Part shown: in pieces, positions 40,281 to 52,928 of the stretch
Layout: every line of letters starts with the position of its first letter
Position numbering within the stretch: position 1 is the first letter of the stretch
Source of the DNA: Kudoa neothunni
Taxonomy: Eukaryota; Animalia; Cnidaria
Length of the DNA: 64,000 nt
NCBI GenBank assembly: GCA_964304625.1
Contig: OZ199839.1
Coordinates: forward strand, 7,196,234-7,260,233
Reading direction: 5' to 3'
Made by a program: the position numbers and the translations under genes
The notes under the pieces: generated by a model
The model's database searches: none
What the model was told of the DNA's origin: nothing
The model's input: the letters and a program-made list of their open reading frames with translations, nothing else

Positions 40281-41382
40281 CAAAACATTTTGTTTCCTTT
40301 TTTCCTTGTGTGTATTTTAAAGTATAATGGTGCTTTTAAAAATATTCAAATAATGGAGTTATACGTTTAATATTTTCGCTTGGAATCGAAAAAAGAACAA
40401 AAGTTACACATATCTTAAGATGACCACCATATAAATAATAACGTTTAGATAGTTTAAATATATAAATGTATTTGAATCAATGAATTTTTTTAAATTCATT
40501 TTTTTGTTTTTATAACAACTTGATTTTGTTAACTAATTTAATCTGGCATTGGAATCGCGCATATTATAATAATTTTGTTAAATTACATATCAACAAAAAG
40601 TACTACGTTAATTATAGTGTTAGAAGTTTAATTTGGACCATTTTGTCATAACTTAAATTTAAAATATAAAAATCCTTGGACTATAAATAAATTTTGTATT
40701 CATAAATTAATTTGTAATGCCAAATTTCAATTTATAAAGTACGAATTTATATATATAACATATTTCTGTCAATAGGAGAAGATATTTCATAATAAGTAGT
40801 GGATTTTGAGAACAAAATAAAGCCTTAGCTGTTAAAATAACAAGAACTAAATGTGAAAAATGAAACAATAATAAAACAGTTTAGCTCTGATTTCTGGAGC
40901 TATTCAAAGTCTATACAGACATATTTATTCCTGTTCCTTACACGAGTTCAAATTAACGATACAAAAATGCATTACTGATTTATTTTTATTAAATCTATTA
41001 TATTTTGAAAAGTTAAAATAACGTAAATAATTATGTTAGTAACCTTAACTGACTGCAACGATTTTTATTATTTTAATACGTTCTTGTATATGACCACCTC
41101 CAGGTATTCGTGTAAACCTTTCTTCATATATTCGAGGATTCATAATGTTATCGGTGAAAAAATATTTTTGTTTATACGCATGCGTCATATCAATGTATAT
41201 AAACGCAAAAATGGATGCAATGCAATGTTTTCTTCTTCCGAAATTCTCCATTACATCCTTAAATTATTATATATACATATATTTTTATTTTGGCATAAAT
41301 ACAAATAAGCTAAAAAATATTAGGGGATATATTCGCGCAGGCGTACTAATAAAATCAGAACTCGTCCGCTGAACCCTTGAGG

Positions 41383-42769
41383 ATGGACAACCCTAAAGAT
41401 GTGTTAAGATTCAATGGAATAGGCTGCTTACGCCAACGCTTAACATTGTCGATAGTTTCACAAAAACCAATTTTCATTAATAATATACGGAAAGGACTGG
41501 CTCCTGCTGGGATTACAGATTATGAATCAAATTTACTAAGTTTGTTAGATAAATTGATGAATGGTTCAATTATTCAAGTCAATGAGAATGGTAATATTGT
41601 AACGAGTTCCACTTTCAACATGGTTACTAGGCTCCAGTGTGTATTTTAAGCCAGGCACACTCATTGGCGGTAAAGTGATCCACACCTGTAACGATTCCCG
41701 TGATATTGGCTACTATTTGGAGTGTGTAGTATGGTTGGTTCCACTAATGAAGAATGCACTAGAACTAACACTACAAGGGATCACAAACGGATTTGAAGAT
41801 CCTTCAGTGGATAAACTTAGATATACGATTTTGCCTTTGTTGAAGAGATTTGGGGTGGATGACGAGATTTCGCTTGATACGGTGAAGAGAGCCGCGGCAC
41901 CTTCGGGTGGAGGTGTTGTCAGATTTAAATGCCCACTCATAAAACAACTTAAACCAATTAATGTTACTGATATCGGCTTTGTGAAACGGATACGAGGAAC
42001 CGCTGTATCAATGAGAGTGTCACCTGCCATGAGCAGTCGTCTAATCGAAGAAGCCAAGTCCATTCTCTCCAATTACATCCACGATGTGTTTATCACACAG
42101 GACCACTGTAAAAATATGAGTACCTCAAGTTCGCCAGGATTCAGTATCGCGTTGGTGGCTGAAACAACCACGGGAGTAGCTATCACTTCGGAAGCCAGTT
42201 CACAGCCAAAATCAACCAACCCTTCCGAGAACCCTTCTGTCATTGTTACTCCTGAGGAAGTGGCAAAAAATGCTGCCTACCAACTTCTAGACAATATCTA
42301 TTGTGTAGTTTTTTGTTTAGAGCTAACAAGCAACTAACAAATGGATATTTTTAGCAAACATGTATCGATTTATCTCAACAACACTTGATGTTGTTATATA
42401 TGGCGTTGTGTCCTGCACATGTATCCAAAATTATTATCTACCAGCCCAACACATATACGTACCTATTAAATGTAGTTAATTGACAAAAATTCTGGTTTAG
42501 GGTACAATTCTTGAAGCATATTGAGTTGTTTTTGGGTGTTGTATTCAAAATCGAACTTATTCGCAATACCCCACAAACCTTGAATAATGGTTTTTTCATC
42601 TCTAATCACAATGAATTTAATTTATTTTTAGATGGCGATGATGAATGTGAAAACATCAAAATAAGAAAATTCTCTAAAATCTGAAGATAATGATGCCTAC
42701 GATGAGAATAGATTTTATTTTTCGTGTGTTGGTTCTGGGATCACCAACTATAATAGAGCTATTTGTTGA
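41383..42769 (+). CDS. RCL1: RNA 3'-terminal phosphate cyclase-like protein (18S rRNA processing)
   Basis: LRFNGIGCLRQRLTLSIVSQKPIFINNIR...GITDYE, FKPGTLIGG..HTC..SRDIGYYLE, KRIRGTAVSMRVSP, SPGFSIALVAETTTG, PEEVA, and C-terminal SCVGSGITNYNR. Introns 41591-41630 and others. One apparent homopolymer frameshift near 42665. Confidence 0.95.
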
Positions 42770-42989
42770 TAGTTTTTGTAATTGTTTAATAAATCACTCA
42801 TGAATGCGCAGACGTTTTTTATTCCTTTTATTTTTAAAAAAATTTGTTTGGAACAATGCAATACGAGAATTTTTCACTGGATTTTATTATTAACCGAATG
42901 TTCCATGAATTACTGATTAAGTTGATAAACATTTTGTTCTCCGATTTCGAATGAGTTTAACTAAATCCTCCAGGCACACGAAGGCGACT

Positions 42990-43980
42990 ACACTCCAACC
43001 AACTTGGGGTCTTTTGTAACTCATGTTTTTATTCTACGACAGTTAATAAGAAAATATTTTAAATTGCTTTACGAAATTTACGAAATTTCTATCGACAGAA
43101 TTTTGAAATAAAGGTGATTCATTGGGAGAGTTAATCTTTCAAAATCCTATTCGGTAAGCTTATATAACGTTTCGTAAATTTTCGATTAAATAAATCCACA
43201 ATTTTTCATATTATAGAGAAAGAAATAACATAATTGAAACAAAAAAAAGTGAATATCTAAGCCGATAGATTTTTATTTTGAACACTGATAATACTTGTTC
43301 GAATAATGAAATCGACCAAGATATTCTCATAACTAGTGCATCGAGTGTTTATTATCAATTTTTTATAAGAAAAAAATTTCACAGAATACTTTCTTAAAGT
43401 TCGGTTCCATTATTCCGATTTCTTAGGAACATATGAATCGGGTGTTTTAGTTACATTCTGATCCTCTGATTGTTAACTAAATAATGGTCGGTAAAAACAT
43501 AATAACTATTATACTATTTAATTTTAAACACCCTAAGTTGATTGAAAGCCTATGAATTTGCATTCTAACCATGCAACAACTCTCGCGCTTGATTTTATCA
43601 TTCAGCGAGTTTGTACGAAGTGTTATATTAGCTTGCCGAATTGACTTCGGGAGGATTAACTGGCCCAATGAATCTTCATTTTCTCAAAATTCTGTCGGTA
43701 GAAATTTTGTAAAATTTGTATGGCGTTTTAAAATAGTTTTTTATTAACTGACGTAAAATAAAAACCCGGGGTCTAAATGACCCCAAGTTCGTTGGAGTAA
43801 TTTTTTATTTCAATGCGAGATTTTGTTAATTTTTTTCTCCCAAAGTTTAGTAAGTTGCATATATCGCAATTTAATGGAAATATATGAATTTGAAATATTT
43901 TGAAAGAATAAGTAAAATATTATAATCCATTTAAAATTACTTTGGCGTCCAACAGACCCCCAAGTTCGTTAGAGGGTTAA
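42990..43980. mobile_element. piggyBac-like non-autonomous element with ~200-bp inverted arms
   Basis: 42990-43200 is an imperfect reverse complement of 43590-43800. The right end reads gacccccaagttcgttagaggg|ttaa. Confidence 0.7.
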
Positions 43981-44085
43981 ACCTAACGATAGATTTATTG
44001 TACCGAAATTAACGAAAAATAACAAAATTAAAACACAATAAAAAGAATTGCCGCTAAAAAGTGACCATTAGTATGTAGGTAGAAT

Positions 44086-46850
44086 TCAGCGGGGGAAAAG
44101 TTCGAGTTTGGGTGAAAACTTGTCATGTCTGAAACCAAAGTCTTGATCATCCTCAACAACTTCCATAATATCTCTATCGTTTTCGGGCATTGTATTATTC
44201 TTTAGATGCTTAGATTCATAAAAATGTTTCTTTGGGTAGTTATTTGTTCCCATTTTCTGTAATAATCAATCGGCTTGAACTTCTCGTACATACAAGATTT
44301 GTCATTCGTTTCCATGTTAAAAGGCAGATAACCCATAACTTGAACGTTATCTGTTCTGATAATTAGTGGAGCAATTTGTTGGCAGCCGGAACAGAGACTA
44401 AAAGGGACGTCGTATTTTCCATTGGAACATTTCAAAATCATTTGTTGGTGTCATCGCAATAGTAGAACATAGGATGACATGGTTTGTCACTACAAAATAG
44501 ACATACTAAAATATAATTGGTAAACTAACATAACGTACTCTTTTCTAGGGATCACTTCGTTACATTGATTTTCTACACAGTCTTTGAAGGGTGGTAGAGG
44601 TGGACATTCTGGAGTCCCTTGCGACAAACATTCCTCGCTTGATGAGGTACTATCTTGGTTACATGGAGGATCTTTTACTGGACATTTTGCAAATACAGGA
44701 GATTCGCAAACCAAACTTTTTTCGTAGAAACCTTTTTGGATAGACCGGGTCTCCATTGTTAAAATGTTCAATTATGCTTGGATTTTTAGTTTGTTTGCCA
44801 TTTGCTTTGCAGGGATGACTCTTTTTACATGGTTCTTTTTTGTTTTTGTTGGTATAATTGACTTTAGGCACGCACTCTTTCACATGCTTTCTAGGGGAAC
44901 TGTTTATAATGCTAGTCCTCTTTCTTTGTTTTATTTGAGACGATTTTAGCTGGGCATTCATCAAATTGCTTTTTGGTGGACATTCACCTGTGTGATTTCT
45001 GGGACGACATGATTGATGTTTTTTGACATTAACTTTGGAGAAAAATCTTCATTGTCACATTTGGGTGAGCATTCACCAAATTTCTTTTTTGGTGAACATT
45101 CACCGGTGTGATTTCTGGGACGACAAGATTGATGTTTTTTGACATTAACTTTCGGAGAAAAATCTTCATTGTCACATTTGGGTGAGCATTCACCAAATTT
45201 CTTTTTTGGTGAACATTCACCGGTGTGATTTCTGGGGACGACAAGATTGGTGTTTCTTGACATTAACTTTTGGAGAAAAATCTTCATTGTCACATTTAGG
45301 TGAGCATTCATCAAATTGCTTTTTTGGTGGACATTCACCAATGTGATTTTTTGGACGACATGATTTATGTTTCTTGACATTAACTTTTGGAGAAAAATCT
45401 TCATTGTCACATTTAGGTGAGCATTTTTGAGGAGTTTCTTTTTTAGGCAATTTATTAAGATTAAGTTTTGGAGGACACTTTCCAAGAGGAGTGTTTCTTC
45501 CACCAAAATTAGTTTTAGGAGTAGAGTGATCAACGTCTATTGTAGAAAATATTTTATTATGGGGATTTTCGATGAGGCTGCCAGCGCAAAATTTTTCGAT
45601 TTCATCGTTGACGGAGACTTTTGTTTTCACATATGTTTTCTCTATAATATTACTATTGTTGTAGTCCTCAGGGCATGGTGGGGTCAACTTCTTCGAGAAA
45701 ATCACAAAGATTATCATCCTTTTCTCGGATTATTTCAGTGTTGACAATTCTTTTTATCGGATCGTTACTTTGTGGAGCCTATAGGATCAGTAAAATCACC
45801 TTTAAATAGTTGAAACTTAGAAAAGTACCATTTGATTGATAAAATAGTTGTTTCTAGTGAAAATGCTTTTGGGCTTGTGCAAGATTTGTGTTGTAGATAG
45901 GCAACGATTCAGGGGTTTAGTTAGTTGGACGTTAACTTCCGGTGTCTTGTCCATTTGATCAAGATTTTTATCCTGATTAATGGTGGTTTTAGCGGGTTCG
46001 TACATATGAGAATCTCCAACAATTTTATCATTTAATTTCGACTTAATATCTTGAATCAATTTGTCATGCAGTTGGATCGATTTGATAATATCATCTTCAA
46101 TGTTCATCGATGGATTTGACTTTCTTTTCTTATCTTTATCATGATTATCTACATCAACTTCAACTTCTAACATTACAATTAATAAAATGAATTAATTAAA
46201 TTAATATGTAAGGTACTTGTTGGGGAACAATCATTTTGAAGATTTTCGATTTGGCAGTTTTCATCCTTGGGAACTCGAACTTTTTGGCAGGCTTGTTTTA
46301 AATGCTTAGTTAAAAAAAGTTAATGACCTGATTTTTAGTCCAACTTACGCCGTTGTTTGAAATTTTAAGTTCATAATTTTTTACAGCTCTCTGAACGTCT
46401 CCTTTAATTATGGGGAATTTTTGCCTCTTGAATACATACAGTGAGGAGCTGCTTGATTCTCCCAAGAAATCACTCATTACGTCGATATATGCTGAAGATG
46501 ACACTGATTTCTTATCACAATTTGACTCTAAATATTTAACCAATCACTTCTAATACCCGAGATAGATTTTAGATTACTTTGATGGGATTTCTTAGGTGGT
46601 TTGCGCTTCTTAATCTCTAAACAGCAACAAAGTAGCGACCTAGCGTGTTTCTTATTCTGCTTCCTGCAGTCGTTGTGACGCCTTTTTTGAGGTTGCTTGC
46701 TGTGCTCGCAACCAAAAAATTGTTGCTCAATACACGAGTTATTATCCTCTTTGACGCCAAAATTATCGGATTTTAATTTTTACATTGACCATCTTGTTTT
46801 AACTATTTTTGATAGATCACAGCCAAAATTATCCGGGGAGATATATTCAT
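44086..46850 (-). CDS. Orphan Cys/Pro/Lys-rich protein with 39-aa tandem repeats
   Basis: Stacked minus-strand ORFs separated by short introns and homopolymer frameshifts. The last exon ends ...FSPKLELFPR*. Start position is uncertain. Confidence 0.7.
44952..45425 (-). repeat. ~117-bp coding tandem repeat, about 4 copies
   Basis: Unit ECSPKCDNEDFSPKVNVKKHQSCRPRNHTGECSPKKKFG, near-identical at DNA level. Confidence 0.92.
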
Positions 46851-49731
46851 GTTTGATCTTAATTTTAATCAATTTCTCAATCACAGAAATAGAAAAATAA
46901 ACACAGTTTTAGGTAGGTAATTAAATATTTATCAATAAATCAGCTTTAATCTAACAATTAAATATAATCTATTGAATGGGGTACCTTATTTTTACAGAAA
47001 TATAAACACATGATAAGAATCTATTTGGTGTGCCCTTTAATTTTAAAGTTTTCTCACTATTACGAAATAAAAAGCTTAAAATTAAACAATTCTCTAAATT
47101 TTATAATCTGATCCGATTTGTTGGGAGCATTTGATTATAAATATTCATCGGAAGCTTTAATTTTTACTGCTAGACAATATTTAATGTAGTAATTTCGGTT
47201 GATCTCGTCTTTACACCATTTCTCAATAAGATTAATCGAAAGCAAACGCTATGTCATCGACATCACTTATTCTCTCCGCTTATCTTTTAAATTTAACAAT
47301 TTAATTTTATATTAGCAATGTATTGATCGAATATTATTTTAGGTTAATCAAATTTTATTTAAATCTAAAATTATTATTTCTATAGATATCTTCAACAAAA
47401 TATTCTTTAAACGATTTTTATCTACTAGAAAGGTAGCTTATATATTGCGACTCCTCGTTAAATTTTGAATGCCGCTTTCAAATATTGATTTTTTTGTAGT
47501 TAAAAAATATAATATTTGAATTTATTTAGAAAGTAAAATAGATAGGGAAGTGGCTATTGGCATAGTGAATAATATTCAGGTCATATTAGTCCTGATTATT
47601 TTTTAATTCTATCTGTTCTTACAGGGCCAAAAGTGGACCAGAAACAATTAAATACATCAGATTTTAAAAATTTTAAATTAGAAACTGTTTGTAAGTAAGA
47701 GTTGCCGAGGTTAAAATTCCAGTGCGCGTGCGTGTGCGAGATTTATGATCAAATTTTACCATGCTAATGGCCTCTACCATTTTTACCAAAAAGGTATTAA
47801 AGGGTTAAACATGAGATTCTTTTCAAAGATTTAGCACCAAAGAAATAAATGACTTAATGTTGTTAATTTTTTAATCTTTCATCAAAACGCCCTGAAAATT
47901 GAAAAGAGTAAATTTTTATCTTCATTTTAGAATTAATTGAATAAATACTGCAATTTAAGCGATACTAAAGCAAAACCACGACCTTTCTGTGGATTTAAAG
48001 TGATAATTTTTATTTGATAGCTAATATTGTGAGAATATTAGCAACTATTATAGTTGGAGGGATTTCTAAATTAAAAAATAGTAATAAGTCTATAGTCATT
48101 GGAAGAAATTTTATTTTATCGATGTCATATGGTCTAATTGTTCTATATTTTGTAAAAAGTAATTAATTTAGTTTTTAAGATCTTGGTAGAAATAATTTTA
48201 ATCAAACAATAATAATTTTTAATAAACCTTCCTGAATTGATATTAGGTGTCTCAATGATGGAAAATAACAAAAAAATTGAGACATAATTTCAACTAGAAC
48301 AGCTCTTTTTCCAACAAAAGGTAAAATCGCTGGTCCAGTTTGTTAGTCGTCAAATTATGGCTGGTCAGGCAAGCTTCACGAACGTTGTAAATACCACCGG
48401 GAATAATATGTAATTCTTAGTCTTAAATTTCTGAGATCGAGTGGATGTTTGAAATCACTAAATATCCACGTATTTGAGTCATTCTACCCTCTTTCAATTG
48501 CAATAATGTTGGCTCCTTACAGCCCGCAGGATCTTAATTACTTACCACGTCCCCCACGATGCAAACATCAAACCCAACCCTCGTCAATTCACCAACCTAT
48601 AACTGCAGGTGCATCACAAATACCAGATTTCCTCGAACACAAGGCAGTTCTTGTTTAATTTTCGCATTAATAAAAGACATTTAATCGTTGTTTCTGGTTA
48701 AACATGAAACTTAAAGCAAAATTTTCTTTACAATGAGAAAGGGTCCTACAAAATGATTTTTTAATTATTCTTGTTATAAAAATTGACATCTAATATACAG
48801 TAATTATAATAAAATCATTATTTTCGGATATTTATATTTACTAAAATTTGAGAAATTTTACCTGATGGAACTCCTCTCAATATCTCAAGATTTAATTTTT
48901 AACGTATAGTAAAAGAAATATCTGAACTACCTAATAATGGTACGTTATCCTCGAATACCAAGCTTGGAGCGTTTATCAAAAAAATTATCAATTTCAACGT
49001 AAGTGTTTTTCTCTCTTTTTTAATTATTTTTAAGATATAAATGTTTGGCAACATTTTATCGTTGTTTTTTCTTCATTCTGCCTCATATATAATTATTAAC
49101 AAGGCGTTTCCTAAAAATCCCAATACTTCAAATAATTGAAATTAGAAAATCCAAACTTGATCAATTATATTATTATTTGACCAAGGTTTGATATCTGAAG
49201 TGTCGCAATTAACACTAAATTCTAATTACAAGGCTTCTTTTAAACCTTCTTAAAGAGTGAGATCACTAGGTCTATCTATTTCCTTATGACAGATTATACG
49301 TAATAAGCTTTATACGTCAGAAGTATAACTCCAGAAAATGAGTTCTTTATCTTTAATATTTACTTCGGAGTTTATAAAAGCAAAAGATTCGTAAAAAAGA
49401 TGAATTGTCAGGTATAAGTTATCCTTACACTCTCTTTAAAGTATTTTGACATTAAATATATTGCTAGGTCATATTTTGAGGATAAGTCAAATAATCGGAG
49501 ACACAATGCACATTCATAGCAATAGATGGCCAATGTTTGTTTAGAAAAAAACTCATAGAATAAAGACAATTTTCATTTTCACACCTTAGAGGGTACTATA
49601 CAAAAACACAAATGATTTATGTTTTATAGTAGAAAATTATATATGTTTAATTAAAATATGTTAATAGAGTAATGAGGCTGTTTATTTTTCTGCAAACGAT
49701 CTTTTATACTAGAAGAATAGTCAATTACTAA

Positions 49732-52700
49732 TCAATAATATTCATAATATACCAAGGAATGGAAGTTGACAAAGGAATTTTCCAAATCATTGGCCATTTT
49801 AGACCCATTCGCCTGTTTAATAGCATATTTAAACTAATAAACAACACAAAAATTAATACTTGTCGTTTCAAGCATAGGAAATGGTGATCATCATCCATTA
49901 ATAAAGGGCTCTTAGTAATTTTATTATAAATAATTGAATTTGTGTTTATATTTTGAGCAAGATAATCCGAGCTTATTTTAAAATTATTATCACTGTGGCC
50001 ACTATCCATTTTTAAAACTATAAAATTATCACAATAGCACCGACAATCATCCACCAATCCAATATACATTGAGCAAGTGATTTTTTGGTAATATTTGTAG
50101 TATTGGATGTGGGTGGTGATGGGACTGTTGATTTTTGGTTTATTTCATCGTCATATGAAGATTTGATAATTTTGCACACCTGCGAGAGATGTTCGTTCAG
50201 TAGAGGAGGTAGAGGAGTACAAAAGGCAATCACACCTTCTCTATCTCTACAGAAAAATAGATAGATCGTAAAATTCTGTAGTAGTTGGTTCACCTAGGCA
50301 ATCTATTAGCCAAATCAAGCAACATATGTTGAGGTAGAACGTATCTGGTTGATTGGAAAACTTATTCAAATTCAGACACACACAAAAAATACTCGGGACT
50401 TTCATCATATTTTTGAGCAGTGGTTTCTCTCCAAACAAACAACTCTTCAAGGCAGCGAACCTACAATAAGTAGTTATTCAACAATATCCACAAAGAAATC
50501 ACTACAAACCTTGGTGCATGACATATTGCGAGAGAATTTTTCTTTGAATTTTATGAGTGCGATAAAAGCTTCTGGTGGTTTCTCATACACCTACAGCAGC
50601 AACAACATGAATAAAACGTTCAACTTCCAGCTCGACAAATGATGCAAATAATCTCACATTTAATGAAACATCTTTGCACTCGTTGAGAACATTCAACAAG
50701 ACAGTGCCTTTATTTTGGTCACATTCCAACAGATCAACCACCAATCTGTCATAGATGTAATGAAGATAGTGGGTATCGATACGAGCATATTTGATCATTT
50801 CATCAGTCAGGGGTCTATACGAGCGATGAAAGTTAGTTTGAATAAAATTATTTTAGCCATTAATCTTAAAAATGGTTGTAATACCGAATTCTCCAATCTG
50901 CCTTCTGGTAGGATTTATCGGTATCCACATCACAATAATGCTGTAGTAGATGTGCAAGATTCCGTCTCGGAAACGGTAGTATTTTACTCGCTACGTACGT
51001 GTCGAACATATTTACAACATAAATGCCGAAATCACGCTGTAACCATTTAATGTCACTATTGGCACCATGAAAGATCTAAAAAATTGACGCTCAATCCCGA
51101 TTGCATAAATACAGACTAGTTTAGTTGGCGAACCTTTAATATATTGGGGTTTGCGAACAACTCATTCAAAATTGTAAGGTGATCATGCAAAGCAATGGTA
51201 TCAATAATAAAATCTTCTTTTCTAGTAGACAACTGCATAAGACACACAAACCCCAAATAAGATCGCATAGAATGAGCCTATTAACAGATTGATTCAATTA
51301 AATCGACATAAACTAAACCTCCAGATCAACAGCGATCTCTTTAATATTTGAGGATTTGATAAAGTTCATAAACCTATCCAACTCATCCAATCTCTCAATG
51401 TAATGGAAATCTTTGCCCAAAGGTCGCGTCCCCCCTCTACAAATACATGTATTCCCTCAATTATAACCATTTAGTCGATTGTCGCTTACAATTTTTTGCT
51501 TATATCTCTTTCTATACTCCTTTATATCGTATTGATGCTGGTGGATCTCATATGCGTATAGATGTCTATTTAGATTGAATCGGGAGATCAAAAAATTGTC
51601 TACTTTTCGAATAGATGGATTATGCGTTCGTTATCGCATATTTTAACAAACTCTTCTTTCGCTATGACAAAATAATAACAATAATTCTAATAAATTCTAA
51701 TGGGGATGGGCTAATTATGCGGACGTTAATGTATTGGAAACTTAATTTCGACCACAGCTAAATAAATGATGTTTACAGAAAAAGAAAACGATAATTTAGT
51801 TCAACACGGCCGATTATTATTCGAAATTCATAAAATAAACATATCAATAAAGAATAGAAAAATGAAAGTTGAATTCGCGAATAATGCCATAATATTTCTC
51901 CTAACTTCAAGCTTAGGGGAAGTTTTTAGTGAATAGATATTTTGATATTTATAATAAACTTAAGAGAATTAAATTTGTCCGCTAAACTAGCCCCATCAAT
52001 AAAAATATTGTACACGTATCTAGGGCAATTAATGCATGCGGTTTAGTCTTTAAGCACGGTCGAAAGGGACTATAGTCGTTATTCAGTTTGTTCGTCCACT
52101 TCAATTGTGGCTTAGCAATATGGTTGCATTCATTTTTAAGAATGTTTCTAAAATTTGTCACCTACAAATACATATGAGTATTTTAATAGGTCACAGCATT
52201 GGATTTTAACGACATAATGATTATACATTAGATTGAGCAGAAGTATTGATGAGATTGTATTTGTCTAATAGTTGCTGATTAGTATCATTAGAGGATGTAA
52301 TAGAACTGTGTGATTCTCCATGGACTGCCTCGTTCAACGTTCTACCCTGTAAAAATGTTAATACATCTATTGTAATGTAGAGAACGTACAAATAATTCCA
52401 AAATATAATCGTTAACATCGATAATAGTTTCCATTTGCTGCTCATCACAAGTTTTCGATTTAAAATCATTAAGTTGTAGCTTTGGAGGCCATTTTGGAGT
52501 ACAATTCAATGTTCCAGGCAGTGCTCTTATGGTTTGTTGGATAGATTTATTCAGTTGGTCCAGTCGCTTGTTATAATCTTGAAATGTACTCATGTAGACC
52601 AAATCAGATTCTTCCGTAGGCAAAAGACACGACTGCTTCACAATCTTTTTCATACTTTTGACACAATCCTATAATACTCATTATTCTAGTCAATTATTTT

Positions 52701-52751
52701 GGAAAATCTCACGTCGAAAAATAACTTCGCTTTCTCGGAATCTTCAAACAT
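49732..52751 (-). CDS. EXOSC10: Exosome component 10 / Rrp6 (PMC2NT, DEDD exonuclease, HRDC)
   Basis: EIAVDLE|[62 protein letters not shown]|[22 protein letters not shown], and HRDC-like [19 protein letters not shown] 52751; 3' end approximate. Confidence 0.93.
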
Positions 52752-52789
52752 CGAACCCCAAACTACACCGCGTGCCCCCTATTGTTGGT

Positions 52790-52795
52790 CACGTG
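52790..52795. promoter_or_regulatory. E-box CACGTG about 40 bp upstream of the EXOSC10 ATG
   Basis: ggtCACGTGgtt; the proximal position is typical of Myc/USF sites at ribosome-biogenesis genes (motif only). Confidence 0.35.
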
Positions 52796-52928
52796 GTTAA
52801 GAAATTAGCTTAGATTAGATCAATTTTTTAGAAATATATAAAATTATTATTATTTTCGATTTAAAGAATAATATTAGTATTAAATGAATGAAATATTACT
52901 AATGTGAGACGGGAGCTAGTCTTTAAGT

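Noticed and set aside
41713-42072. Antisense ORF over RCL1 (similarly 29997-30326, 45427-45744, 53541-53849)
   Set aside because: Shadow ORFs opposite real coding or TE sequence
44952-45425. Regular repeats as a CRISPR-like array
   Set aside because: Contiguous 117-bp coding tandem units without unique spacers, in a eukaryotic gene
48300-48660. GC-richer island with a 69-aa ORF
   Set aside because: No recognisable protein or RNA motif; cannot be linked to EXOSC10
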